The notes below the pieces were generated by a model. That model was not told the DNA's origin. It saw only the letters and a program-made list of their open reading frames with translations, and searched no databases. 64,000 nt of DNA from Oscillospiraceae bacterium (GTDB lineage Bacteria > Bacillota > Clostridia > Oscillospirales > Acutalibacteraceae). The translations under genes and the position numbers were made by a program. Positions 17,647 to 26,749 of this stretch are shown piece by piece. Location: positions 9,789 through 73,788 of the forward strand of contig JAQVFM010000001.1 in assembly GCA_028697255.1 (NCBI GenBank), in the 5' to 3' direction. How positions within the stretch are numbered: position 1 is the stretch's first letter; the number at the start of each line of letters is the position of its first letter.

Positions 17647-18357
17647 AAGCCAAGTTAGACAAAGCGGCATCCATTGTGCGGCAGACTGGTTGCACATGGC
17701 TTTAGAGCCGTTGGACGTTAGTTCATTTGCTAAAGCTAATCCATGGGGACCGTTAGGAAATATATGTAACTCGAACGGAATTTTACCTCGGCTCAGTGCA
17801 TCGGCCATTCGTAATGAGTTTTCGACAGGCACAGCAGAGTCGTTCGCTGTGTGAAACAAAAAGGCGGGCGGTGTTGATGAGTCCACTTTATCGTCACAGG
17901 ACGGGACAGGAAAAGCAAGAATACGGCTCATGCTGCTTAGTATGCATGGATAAGCAAGAATCATGGCATTTGGACGTTCTGTTCCCATAACACCGAGCGA
18001 TGCAGCAAGATGGCCGCCTGCCGAAAAACCGCATACGGCAATTTGTTTCGGATTAAGGTTCCATTGCTCGGCATTTGAACGGACACAATGCAGTGCTTTT
18101 TGGGCATCATTAAGTGCGTCAGAAAAACACATGCTTTTGCCAACCGAGTAACGCAGCACAAATGCATGATAGCCATGCGCTAAAAATGTAGCCGCAATCG
18201 GTTCGCCCTCGCGGTCGGACAGCATATGGTATCCACCGCCCGGAAAAACGATAACACATGGGCGGTTATTTGCATTAGAAAGCTCGGGCGATGAATCATG
18301 CAAATATGCTGTTAGTGTTGCGTTACTGTCCGGCATCTTTTCAACAAATACTTTCAT
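17623..18357 (-). CDS. Alpha/beta hydrolase (esterase/lipase type)
   Basis: PGGGY oxyanion-type motif and the nucleophile elbow GFSAGGHLA. The 3' end runs into repeat copy A. Confidence 0.75.
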   Translation of the reverse strand: MKVFVEKMPDSNATLTAYLHDSSPELSNANNRPCVIVFPGGGYHMLSDREGEPIAATFLAHGYHAFVLRYSVGKSMCFSDALNDAQKALHCVRSNAEQWNLNPKQIAVCGFSAGGHLAASLGVMGTERPNAMILAYPCILSSMSRILAFPVPSCDDKVDSSTPPAFLFHTANDSAVPVENSLRMADALSRGKIPFELHIFPNGPHGLALANELTSNGSKAMCNQSAAQWMPLCLTWLKNLFNAC

Positions 18358-18437
18358 TAATGTGCACTCCTAAATATAAAAATAAGGTTTAACTTTTTTC
18401 AGTATAAGCCATTACAAAAACATGTCACTTGATGATG

Positions 18438-18475
18438 AAAAAGAGAAACGATGAATGTGCATCATTTCTCTTTTT
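18438..18475 (-). terminator. Hairpin terminator after the transglutaminase-like gene
   Basis: AAAAAGAGAAA(C)GATG-loop-CATC(A)TTTCTCTTTTT directly abuts the stop codon at 18476-18478. Confidence 0.6.
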
Positions 18476-19708
18476 TTAGTCAGGCTGTTTATACAACGTC
18501 AAAGTGTAATAAATTTCATTTACGCTGTATTCCTCATAAGGCCACATTTCATAATCCGTATCGGATAATATCTCATTTACCATTTGAATAAGCAGCTCCC
18601 GGTTGTTGACAAAAAGCCTTGCCCCTGCAAACGAACTTTTTGTAAAACGCATATCCACTGAGGTTTCGCCGTTTTTTATTGCCTGAGCTATTACTTTTGC
18701 AATATCGTCGCGGTGTACCGTATTGATCTGCCTGCCTGTTTTGTGGTAATAATTTGCATCTGTTGCGGTGCAGGTGTCTACGCCAATATTATCGTCCGCT
18801 ATTGTATGCGAAAGCAGTATTTCAGCAGTTGACAGATTAAAGTAGGAATGATGTAAGCGGTCAGAGCTGTCATTCCAGGTGACATCGAGATGATAATTAT
18901 GCCCATTTACCGTGACAAGGTTCCACATATGGGCAGCACCGTTATGATCATAGCCGTTGACAAGGGTGCACTCCATGCCGTTTTCATGAAGCAAAAGCTG
19001 CATTGCGCGTGAGTAACCCTCGCAAACCGCGCGTCCTTCAACAAGTGCGCCATATGCAGTAAATGCTGTAGGATATAATACTGCGGGGTCGTCGGATTGA
19101 GCGGCGCCGGCTTCATAGCTACAGATCTCGGCAAGCTTATCATGCAAAAAAAGCTCGGTTTCAAACTGGTCGGACGGCTGAGCGTTAGCTAAGTCCTTTT
19201 TGATTTGCGATACAACATATTTAAGCCGCCCTGCTGCTACCATACGCTGCTGTGCACTCATTGTATAAACAAGACAAAACACATTATAATAATCGTTGTT
19301 GCCCGAACGGTATCCCTCATAGCTGTAAGTGTTGCCTATATGAAAAAAACGGGGATTATCCCACAAAAACGCCGTATAAAGCAGCTTCGCGTCTTCACGG
19401 GTTTCAAGAGGCTTTGAAAGCTCGATACGAATACCCGTATATTCACGCTGGGTGCCGAGGGTGCTGTCTGATATTGTAATAGTGCTGTCATTGTCAAAGC
19501 CCTCGACAACGGCAGCGTATATTTCACCATAACCGCTTTTGAGGGTTGCCGGCAAACGCTGATAGCACCATTTATCACTATATTCGGATAAATAGTCGTT
19601 AGACGGACCATCTTGGCTTTGTGAGGAATTCTCGACTTCGGGAAATATAAGTGAGCAGCCTGAAAGTATTGTTAAAAACACAAGTAATACAAGTATGGAT
19701 TTTTTCAA
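18476..19708 (-). CDS. Transglutaminase-like (Cys-His-Asp) lipoprotein
   Basis: Lipobox LTILSGC after a hydrophobic signal. The Cys-His-Asp core is CEGYSRAM ... HMWN ... DVTWND. A TTG start at 19708 sits 7-8 nt after an AAAGGAG RBS. Confidence 0.65.
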   Translation of the reverse strand: MKKSILVLLVFLTILSGCSLIFPEVENSSQSQDGPSNDYLSEYSDKWCYQRLPATLKSGYGEIYAAVVEGFDNDSTITISDSTLGTQREYTGIRIELSKPLETREDAKLLYTAFLWDNPRFFHIGNTYSYEGYRSGNNDYYNVFCLVYTMSAQQRMVAAGRLKYVVSQIKKDLANAQPSDQFETELFLHDKLAEICSYEAGAAQSDDPAVLYPTAFTAYGALVEGRAVCEGYSRAMQLLLHENGMECTLVNGYDHNGAAHMWNLVTVNGHNYHLDVTWNDSSDRLHHSYFNLSTAEILLSHTIADDNIGVDTCTATDANYYHKTGRQINTVHRDDIAKVIAQAIKNGETSVDMRFTKSSFAGARLFVNNRELLIQMVNEILSDTDYEMWPYEEYSVNEIYYTLTLYKQPD

Positions 19709-19739
19709 CGGCTTGCTCCTTTCGGGTGGACAGAATTTA

Positions 19740-20663
19740 TTAATAATAAGATGACTGGAGCATCTCTTTAATATTGTCGGGCGTATAATACCGTATAGAG
19801 TTCCCGCTTCCCTCATATTTGCCGGGCAGCGTTAAATCGGTACATATACTGCCGTCGTTGCGCTCGGCAAGAAAAGCCAGTCCTGCTTTGGCGTTTCTGT
19901 AATGGGAAACCAGAATATCGGTTTTTAGGGCAAGATTGACGATAGTCCCAAAATCGCTATCGGCCAGCGTTTTCCTGGTGGGTTTCATATATTGGTTTAT
20001 TAATGCTGCTGTAATTTGCGCCTGTATCGCTGAGCGCTGTATGCGCCCGCCGCGCCACGCCGGATACCGTAAGATATCAATCACTTGCGCGGCGCTGAGT
20101 GTGCGCCGACCTCCGCTTATGTGAATAGACAGGTTATTGTCACTGTATTCAAGATTTTCGTTCAGTGTCATAACTAAATCGGATTCAAGGTGCTCAATTA
20201 AGCTGCCGATTTTTTCATAAGTGATAACATAGTAATTATCGAATTCAATGTCGGTTAAAGAGCTAAAAGCGTCCTTTGCGGACTGCACTCCATGTTTGTC
20301 GTACAGCTCAAAAAGGCGGATTTCGCTAAGCTTATAATCAACAACTGTGTCGCGAGGAATCGCCAACGCACTTATTTTGGATTTGGCCGGATCAAAACGC
20401 AAAGAAACAAACCCCTGTGCAGTACCGTTGTCAACCATCACAATCATAAGGTTGTTAGCGTCGGTGTCATCAAATTGCACCGTTTCGGATAAATCTGACG
20501 AAGTTGGCGATTCTGCTGAGCGCCGTTCCTGATTAATTTTTATCACAGCCCAAAGACATATACCACCGAATACAACAAGAAACACAACAAACGCAAGCAA
20601 AAAAACAATAACATTATTCGTACGCTCTCTGGCATGGATGCTTTTATTTTTTTTGCTAAGCAT
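19740..20663 (-). CDS. LCP (LytR-CpsA-Psr) family protein, divergent
   Basis: N-terminal TM anchor followed by ...ALAIPRDTVVDY... and the downstream pattern of the LCP fold. Confidence 0.55.
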   Translation of the reverse strand: MLSKKNKSIHARERTNNVIVFLLAFVVFLVVFGGICLWAVIKINQERRSAESPTSSDLSETVQFDDTDANNLMIVMVDNGTAQGFVSLRFDPAKSKISALAIPRDTVVDYKLSEIRLFELYDKHGVQSAKDAFSSLTDIEFDNYYVITYEKIGSLIEHLESDLVMTLNENLEYSDNNLSIHISGGRRTLSAAQVIDILRYPAWRGGRIQRSAIQAQITAALINQYMKPTRKTLADSDFGTIVNLALKTDILVSHYRNAKAGLAFLAERNDGSICTDLTLPGKYEGSGNSIRYYTPDNIKEMLQSSYY

Positions 20664-20757
20664 TTTTGCGTTATCCTTTCTATAAAAATAAGTTAATAAT
20701 TAATTTAAAAAATATTATCATATTCAGTATAACAAATAACTTAACATAATATCAATA

Positions 20758-20788
20758 ACATTTCTGTAATTTTTTAATACAGAAATGT
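20758..20788. promoter_or_regulatory. Perfect 11-bp inverted repeat in a divergent promoter region
   Basis: ACATTTCTGTA-ATTTTTTAA-TACAGAAATGT, between the LCP gene (-) and the MinD-like gene (+). Confidence 0.3.
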
Positions 20789-20955
20789 AACTTTTATATA
20801 ATAACTTTGATTGATACACAAATAATAGCTCTTGCCCTGTATTGAAAAAGTATGTATACTGTATTTTGGTTAGGTAAAATGAAGTTTTGTCGAATTTTAT
20901 CAAGGTTTATTATAACAAATCTTTATCAATATTATTATGAAAAACTTCCATTGCC

Positions 20956-20984
20956 TTGACCTGAAAAATATGGTATGATACAAT
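20956..20984 (+). promoter_or_regulatory. Sigma-A type promoter for the MinD-like gene
   Basis: TTGACC, 17 nt, TACAAT. An overlapping alternative reads TTGCCT, 17 nt, TATGAT. Confidence 0.5.
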
Positions 20985-21000
20985 GAAAGTAGGTTGAACC

Positions 21001-21744
21001 ATGGGCATCGTTACTGTTATTACTTCGGGCAAAGGTGGAGCAGGCAAGTCCACAGTGGCGGCCGGTCTTGGGTTTGCGCTTGCGAAAATGGGGCGTAAAG
21101 TCGTCTTGATGGATGGAGATGCCGGGTTGCGCAGCCTTGATTTGATGCTGGGTATCACCGAACGCATGGTATATGACATGTCGGATATATTTGAGGGCAA
21201 TTGCGAGCCTATACGCGCTGTGTATGCCTCATCAGTTTGTGAAAATGTATCCGTTGTTCCGGCACCGGCAAGTCTTGATAAAATGTGCTGCCCCGATGAT
21301 ATGCGCAGGCTATGCGGAGGGTTTGCACGCTATTATGACCATGTACTTGTCGATTGTCCCGCTGGAATAGGCAGCGGGTTTGCGTGCGCGATCGCTGGTG
21401 CAAATCGCGCTTTAGTTGTCTGTACACCCGATATGATTTGCGCCCGGGATGCGCAGATTGTCGGCACACTGCTTGAAAACAACAATATACCCGCAAGACT
21501 GGTTATCAACCGATTGCGACCCGCAGCAGTGATGTCGGGAAGAATGCCTGATATTGATGAAATAATTGATATTTCCGGCATTCAGCTTATCGGTGTTTTG
21601 CCCGAGGATGAGCAGGTTACCATTGCAAACGCCAACGGGCGTCCTCTTCCCGAAAGCTCCGATGCCGCCGTGTGCTTTTCCAATATTGCGTGCCGATATC
21701 TTGGAAAGCATGTACCTCTTGCACGGTTGGATAAAATGATTTAG
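21001..21744 (+). CDS. minD: MinD-like ParA-family ATPase
   Basis: Deviant Walker A SGKGGAGKST. The stretch MDGDAGLRSLDLMLGITERMVYD matches the MinD switch region. No minC or minE is adjacent. Confidence 0.7.
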   Translation: MGIVTVITSGKGGAGKSTVAAGLGFALAKMGRKVVLMDGDAGLRSLDLMLGITERMVYDMSDIFEGNCEPIRAVYASSVCENVSVVPAPASLDKMCCPDDMRRLCGGFARYYDHVLVDCPAGIGSGFACAIAGANRALVVCTPDMICARDAQIVGTLLENNNIPARLVINRLRPAAVMSGRMPDIDEIIDISGIQLIGVLPEDEQVTIANANGRPLPESSDAAVCFSNIACRYLGKHVPLARLDKMI

Positions 21745-21796
21745 AAACTACATAAACGCCTGTATTTTTATGGGTAGTTATTAAGGAGTGTAATAT

Positions 21797-22204
21797 ATGA
21801 ATATTGCTTTAATTGCTCATGATGCCAAAAAAGAACTTATGGTTCAGTTTTGTATTGCTTATTGTGGGGTCCTAAGCCGACATAACCTTTGTGCCACCGG
21901 CACAACCGGGAAAATGGTTGCCGAGGCTACAGGCCTTAATATCACGCGGTACTTGAGCGGTTCACAAGGCGGAGATCAACAAATAGCGTCACGCATTTCA
22001 TATAACGAGATTGATTTGCTGCTGTTTTTCCGTGATCCTATGACTGTGAAACCAAACGAACCCAACGATGCCGATATGTTCCGGCTCTGTGATATGCACA
22101 ATATTCCGGTCGCCACAAACATTGCGACGGCCGAGGTTCTTATTCATGGCCTTGAGCGGGGCGATTTGGACTGGCGCGATATTGTCAATCCAACGTTTAA
22201 GTAA
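21797..22204 (+). CDS. mgsA: Methylglyoxal synthase
   Basis: [10 protein letters not shown]...ATGTTG motifs, 135 aa. Confidence 0.9.
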   Translation: MNIALIAHDAKKELMVQFCIAYCGVLSRHNLCATGTTGKMVAEATGLNITRYLSGSQGGDQQIASRISYNEIDLLLFFRDPMTVKPNEPNDADMFRLCDMHNIPVATNIATAEVLIHGLERGDLDWRDIVNPTFK

Positions 22205-22217
22205 AAGCCTAAACTCT

Positions 22218-22244
22218 AAGGCGCGCAAAGGCGCGCCTTTTTTA
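22218..22244 (+). terminator. Intrinsic terminator after mgsA
   Basis: AAGGCGCGC-AAAG-GCGCGCCTT followed by TTTTT. Confidence 0.8.
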
Positions 22245-22379
22245 TGATAATAATACTATTGATTGATACAATAAAGTAATACTTTCCTCAGTTTGAAAAT
22301 GAGACAAGATGTCTTCGGTTTAATCTGAGAATAGTATAAAGCCGGATTTTCTGTTATTTTGAAAGGCCTGGTGCGATAA

Positions 22380-23699
22380 ATGGCATTGATAACAAAAGCA
22401 ATAAGGGGAACACAGGATGTGCTTCCCCAGGAGAGTTATAAATGGCAGCACATAGAACAAACGGCGCTTGCCATAGCACGCGATTTCGGGTTTCGTGAAA
22501 TGCGCACTCCTGTGTTTGAGCACACCAATCTGTTTAGCCGTTCTGTAGGCGAAACAACCGATGTGGTACAAAAAGAAATGTACACTTTTGACGATAAAGG
22601 CGGCCGTTCGATAACGCTGCGCCCCGAGGGTACGGCCGGTATGGCACGTGCACTGTTGGAGCACGGTCTGCACAATGATGCTCTGCCTATCAAGGTTTCG
22701 TATATAACCTCCTGCTACCGATATGAAAAGCCGCAAGCCGGCCGGTTGCGGGAATTTCATCAGTTTGGTGTGGAATGCTTTGGAGCAGCATCTCCGCAAT
22801 CCGATGCCGAGGTTATTTCACTTGCACGTCTTGTTTTGCTTGAGCTTGGCGTGACAGGCGTTGAACTGCATATCAATTCGATTGGCTGCCCCGACTGCCG
22901 CGCACAATACCACAAGGCTTTGCACACCTATTTTAGTGCAAAGCACGATGAGCTTTGCCAAACATGCAAAGACCGGCTCGAGCGTAATCCGATGCGCATT
23001 CTTGACTGCAAGTCACCGGTATGCTCTGCAGTTGCAAACGGAGCTCCTGTTGTACTAAATTATATATGTGACGACTGCCGGACACATTTTGACGGTGTAA
23101 AGGCTTGTCTTGACTTAGCCGGCATTGAATATAAGATCAACGCACATATAGTGCGCGGGCTTGATTATTATACACGCACCGTGTTTGAGTTTGTGTCGGA
23201 TGCACTTGGAGCTCAGGCGGTAGTTTGCGGCGGCGGGCGCTATGACGGATTGATTAGCGAGCTTGGCGGCCCGTTTTTGCCGTCTCTTGGCTTTGGCATG
23301 GGGCTTGAGCGTCTTTTAATGATAATGGAAGCTAAGGGTGCAAAATTTCCGCAACCGCCGCAATGTGAGGTTTATTTTGCGGCAATAGGTGAGCGAGCGG
23401 TTCGGCATTGTTTTGCAATGGCTGCCCGCTTGCGTGAGGGCGGCATTTCGGTTGAGTATGATCTGACAGGCCGCAGTCTTAAAGCGCAGATGAAGTATGC
23501 CGATAAAATTGGAGCGCATTATGCGATAGTAGTTGGCGACAATGAGCTTGAAACAGGCGTTGCAAAGCTTAAGGACATGCAGTCGGGTGAGCAAACAGAC
23601 ATTAATTTAGACGATAGTCTTTATACTACGCTGTATAATAAATCGCTTGACCGGCAGCTTGCCGGCATGGCAGATTTATTACAGGCAAGCCAAGAATAA
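22380..23699 (+). CDS. hisS: Histidine--tRNA ligase
   Basis: RGTQDVLP N-terminus and class II motifs (FRYEKPQAGRLREFHQ, GGGRYD). Confidence 0.93.
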   Translation: MALITKAIRGTQDVLPQESYKWQHIEQTALAIARDFGFREMRTPVFEHTNLFSRSVGETTDVVQKEMYTFDDKGGRSITLRPEGTAGMARALLEHGLHNDALPIKVSYITSCYRYEKPQAGRLREFHQFGVECFGAASPQSDAEVISLARLVLLELGVTGVELHINSIGCPDCRAQYHKALHTYFSAKHDELCQTCKDRLERNPMRILDCKSPVCSAVANGAPVVLNYICDDCRTHFDGVKACLDLAGIEYKINAHIVRGLDYYTRTVFEFVSDALGAQAVVCGGGRYDGLISELGGPFLPSLGFGMGLERLLMIMEAKGAKFPQPPQCEVYFAAIGERAVRHCFAMAARLREGGISVEYDLTGRSLKAQMKYADKIGAHYAIVVGDNELETGVAKLKDMQSGEQTDINLDDSLYTTLYNKSLDRQLAGMADLLQASQE

Positions 23700-23712
23700 A
23701 GGGGATATATGA

Positions 23713-25488
23713 ATGTCAGAAAGTCTTAAGGGATTTAAACGAAGCGACTATTGCGGTACGCTTGATAGCTGTGATGTCGGGCGGCAAGTCTCTGTATGCG
23801 GCTGGGTGCAGCGTCAGCGCGATTTGGGCCAATTAATATTTGTGGATTTAAGAGATCGTACGGGCATAGTCCAGCTTGCTTTTGATGATACCACCGATAG
23901 TGAAATTTTTGATCGTGCGGCTTCGGTGCGCAGCGAATATGTATTGGCGGCCAAAGGTGTGGTTCGTACACGCTCATCAATAAATCGTGAATTGCCTACG
24001 GGTGAGGTTGAAATTGCGGTGACCGAGCTGCGTATTTTAAATAAAGCCCAAACACCTCCGTTTGAAATAAATGCAAATATCACAACATCCGAGGCGATTA
24101 GACTTAAATACCGCTATCTCGATTTGCGCCGCCCGGATTTACAGCACAATATGTTAATGCGCCACCGTATTGCAAAGGCTACACGCGACTATTTCGACGC
24201 ACAGGGGTTTATAGAATTAGAAACACCTATGCTTATTAAATCGACGCCTGAGGGTGCGCGCGACTTTCTTGTTCCGTCACGAATACATCGGGGCAGGTTT
24301 TATGCGCTGCCCCAGTCTCCCCAGCTTTATAAGCAGTTGTCAATGGTGGCAGGGTTTGACCGTTATATGCAGATTGCTCGTTGTTTTAGAGATGAAGATT
24401 TGCGGGCCGACAGACAACCGGAATTTACACAAATAGATTTAGAAATGTCATTTGTCGATGTTGAAGATGTGCTTGAGATTGGCGAAGGGTTTCTTTCAAC
24501 AGTGTTCCGTGAGGTGCTTGGTGTTGAACTCTCACTTCCGTTGCCAAGACTAACCTACAACGACGCTATGGAAAGATATGGCTCGGACAAGCCCGATACA
24601 CGATTTGGTATGGAGCTTATTGATTTGACCGACATTGTAAAAGACTGTGGGTTTGGAGTGTTTGCCGATGCAGCCGCCAAGGGCGGAACTGTGCGCTGCA
24701 TTACTGTTAAAAATGCCGTCTCCGTCATAACCCGAAAAGAAATTGACAGACTCACCGAAATGGTACGAGGCATAGGCGCCAAGGGACTTGCGTGGGTTAG
24801 AATTAATCCGAACGGTATTGCTTCATCGTTTGCTAAATTCTTGAATGAAAATGAAATGAATTCATTGCTTGAGCGGGCGAAAGCAAGCAAAGGCGATGTT
24901 GTGCTTATAATTGCGGACAGCCGGAAAAAGCGTGTTTTAACGACTCTGGGCGCACTTCGTCTTGAGATCGCAGACAAGCTAAAGCTTAAGCGTGAGGGCT
25001 ATAATCCCGTGTGGATAATAGATTTTCCTTATTTTGAATGGGATGAAGAGCAACAGCAGTATGTTTCGATGCACCATCCATTTACGGCGCCGCTTGACGA
25101 AAGTGTGCAATACCTTGAAAGCTCGCCCGAAAAGGTGTTTGCAAAAGCATATGATTTGGTGCTTAACGGCATTGAATTAGCCAGTGGTTCAATACGAATT
25201 ACCGATTCTGAATTGCAGCAAAGCGTGTTTAAAGCACTCGGTCTTTCTGAGTCAGAGATAGACGAAAAGTTTGGATTTTTGATTGATGCATTTAAATACG
25301 GTGCTCCGCCCCACGGTGGAATGGCACTCGGGCTTGACCGTTTGGTTATGCAAATGCTTGGTGCTTCCACACTTCGCGATGTTGTAGCGTTTCCAAAGGT
25401 TCAAAATATGTCCGAGTTAATGACCGAATGTCCGGCCGAGGTTGACAGTGAACAGCTGAATGACATTGGCATATCAGTAATAGAATAA
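23713..25488 (+). CDS. aspS: Aspartate--tRNA ligase
   Basis: OB-fold N-terminus, FRDEDLRADRQPEFTQID motif 2, GGMALGLDR motif 3, about 590 aa bacterial type. Confidence 0.93.
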   Translation: MSESLKGFKRSDYCGTLDSCDVGRQVSVCGWVQRQRDLGQLIFVDLRDRTGIVQLAFDDTTDSEIFDRAASVRSEYVLAAKGVVRTRSSINRELPTGEVEIAVTELRILNKAQTPPFEINANITTSEAIRLKYRYLDLRRPDLQHNMLMRHRIAKATRDYFDAQGFIELETPMLIKSTPEGARDFLVPSRIHRGRFYALPQSPQLYKQLSMVAGFDRYMQIARCFRDEDLRADRQPEFTQIDLEMSFVDVEDVLEIGEGFLSTVFREVLGVELSLPLPRLTYNDAMERYGSDKPDTRFGMELIDLTDIVKDCGFGVFADAAAKGGTVRCITVKNAVSVITRKEIDRLTEMVRGIGAKGLAWVRINPNGIASSFAKFLNENEMNSLLERAKASKGDVVLIIADSRKKRVLTTLGALRLEIADKLKLKREGYNPVWIIDFPYFEWDEEQQQYVSMHHPFTAPLDESVQYLESSPEKVFAKAYDLVLNGIELASGSIRITDSELQQSVFKALGLSESEIDEKFGFLIDAFKYGAPPHGGMALGLDRLVMQMLGASTLRDVVAFPKVQNMSELMTECPAEVDSEQLNDIGISVIE

Positions 25489-25496
25489 ATTAATAA

Positions 25497-25539
25497 TTAG
25501 GGGTCGGCACGTTAAAAAACGTGCCGACCCCTAATTTTT
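25497..25539. terminator. Bidirectional terminator between aspS and ddl
   Basis: TTAGGGGTCGGCACG-loop-CGTGCCGACCCCTAA followed by TTTTT. Confidence 0.8.
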
Positions 25540-25542
25540 GAT

Positions 25543-26736
25543 TTATCCCTTTGCTTTTCCTTTTAAGCCACCCAATGCAGCACTCGATAATATATTTGTG
25601 TCATAGGTATATGTGATTGCCTGACGCTCCCGATGGCGTTTGAACGCAAGCTCGATCATTTTATCCAGCAAGGAAGAAAAGCTCATGCCTCCCGCTTCCC
25701 AGAGATAAAAAGATAGAGAGCCGGGTATAGTGTTTATTTCGTTGACGTACAAATCGCCTGTTTCTTTGTCATTTAAAAAGTCAATGCGTGCAACGCCGGA
25801 ACAGCCAAGGGCATTAAATGTTTTGACAGCAAGCTTGCGCACGCGCGATTCAAGCTCGGACGGAATTTCGGCGGGAAGCCGCCGTTTAAGGCTGCCCATA
25901 CCGCTTTTTTCAAGACCTGCATCGCCCGAGCTGCTGAGGTATTTGTCGCTGTAATCCAAAATATTGTTTGTTGTGACCGGCTCCTCGCATACCGATGATA
26001 TTGCATTGTCAGCATCGCCAAGAACGGCGCAGTTAATCTCGCGCAGGTTTTGAACGGCAGGCTCGACAAGTGCACGCGATGAAAAGCTCAGTGCCGCATC
26101 TATTGCCGTTTTTAGCTCCAATCTGTCACGGACAAGAGATATTCCGATTGATGAGCCGAGGTTCACCGGCTTTATTATTACTGGATAATCAAATTCTTTT
26201 TCAATTTTTTCAAGCGTGTCCTCCTCGTTTGCCGCATATTGATGGGAGGTAAAAGTCAATGCGTCAAGCACAGGCAGACCGTGTTGTTTCAGCACCGCTT
26301 TCATTGCGTATTTGTCCATACCAAGTGCCGAAGACAGTACATCACAGCCTGTGTACGGTACACCTAACATTTCTAAAAATCCCATTAGTGTCCCGTCCTC
26401 GGCGTTTGTGCCGTGAACGACAGGCATCGCAACATCAAATTCAGCTATAATATTGTTACCCAGCTTTTTTGCAGGATATCGCATCAGCGCAACTCTGCCA
26501 CTGTGCGGTACAAGAAGGACGCGCACAGCTTTTTTAAGATTTGAGTCCATGTCCTTATAGCTTTCGATGTCGCCCATGTGCTCGCCGGTGTAAAAGATAT
26601 TGTCTTTTGAAATATATATCGGTAATGGTTGATATTTTGAGCTATCAAGTGCCGAGCATGCCTGTATCCCTGAAATAATAGACACTTCATGCTCGACACT
26701 CTGCCCGCCGAAAAACACTGCTACGGTTATTTTCAT
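25543..26736 (-). CDS. ddl: D-alanine--D-alanine ligase family protein (long form)
   Basis: FFGGQSVEHEVSIISG N-terminus, ATP-grasp core, NEINTIPG. The ATG at 26736 is 9 nt after a GGAGG RBS. It has an internal insertion and a C-terminal extension relative to classical Ddl. Confidence 0.85.
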   Translation of the reverse strand: MKITVAVFFGGQSVEHEVSIISGIQACSALDSSKYQPLPIYISKDNIFYTGEHMGDIESYKDMDSNLKKAVRVLLVPHSGRVALMRYPAKKLGNNIIAEFDVAMPVVHGTNAEDGTLMGFLEMLGVPYTGCDVLSSALGMDKYAMKAVLKQHGLPVLDALTFTSHQYAANEEDTLEKIEKEFDYPVIIKPVNLGSSIGISLVRDRLELKTAIDAALSFSSRALVEPAVQNLREINCAVLGDADNAISSVCEEPVTTNNILDYSDKYLSSSGDAGLEKSGMGSLKRRLPAEIPSELESRVRKLAVKTFNALGCSGVARIDFLNDKETGDLYVNEINTIPGSLSFYLWEAGGMSFSSLLDKMIELAFKRHRERQAITYTYDTNILSSAALGGLKGKAKG

Positions 26737-26749
26737 ATGCATCATCCTC

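Noticed and set aside
22245-22379. T-box leader upstream of hisS-aspS
   Set aside because: The leader is only about 135 nt. I could not find a specifier-loop/AGAGA element or the conserved T-box sequence (AAnnnGGGTGGTACCGCG-like). Only a small local hairpin is present.
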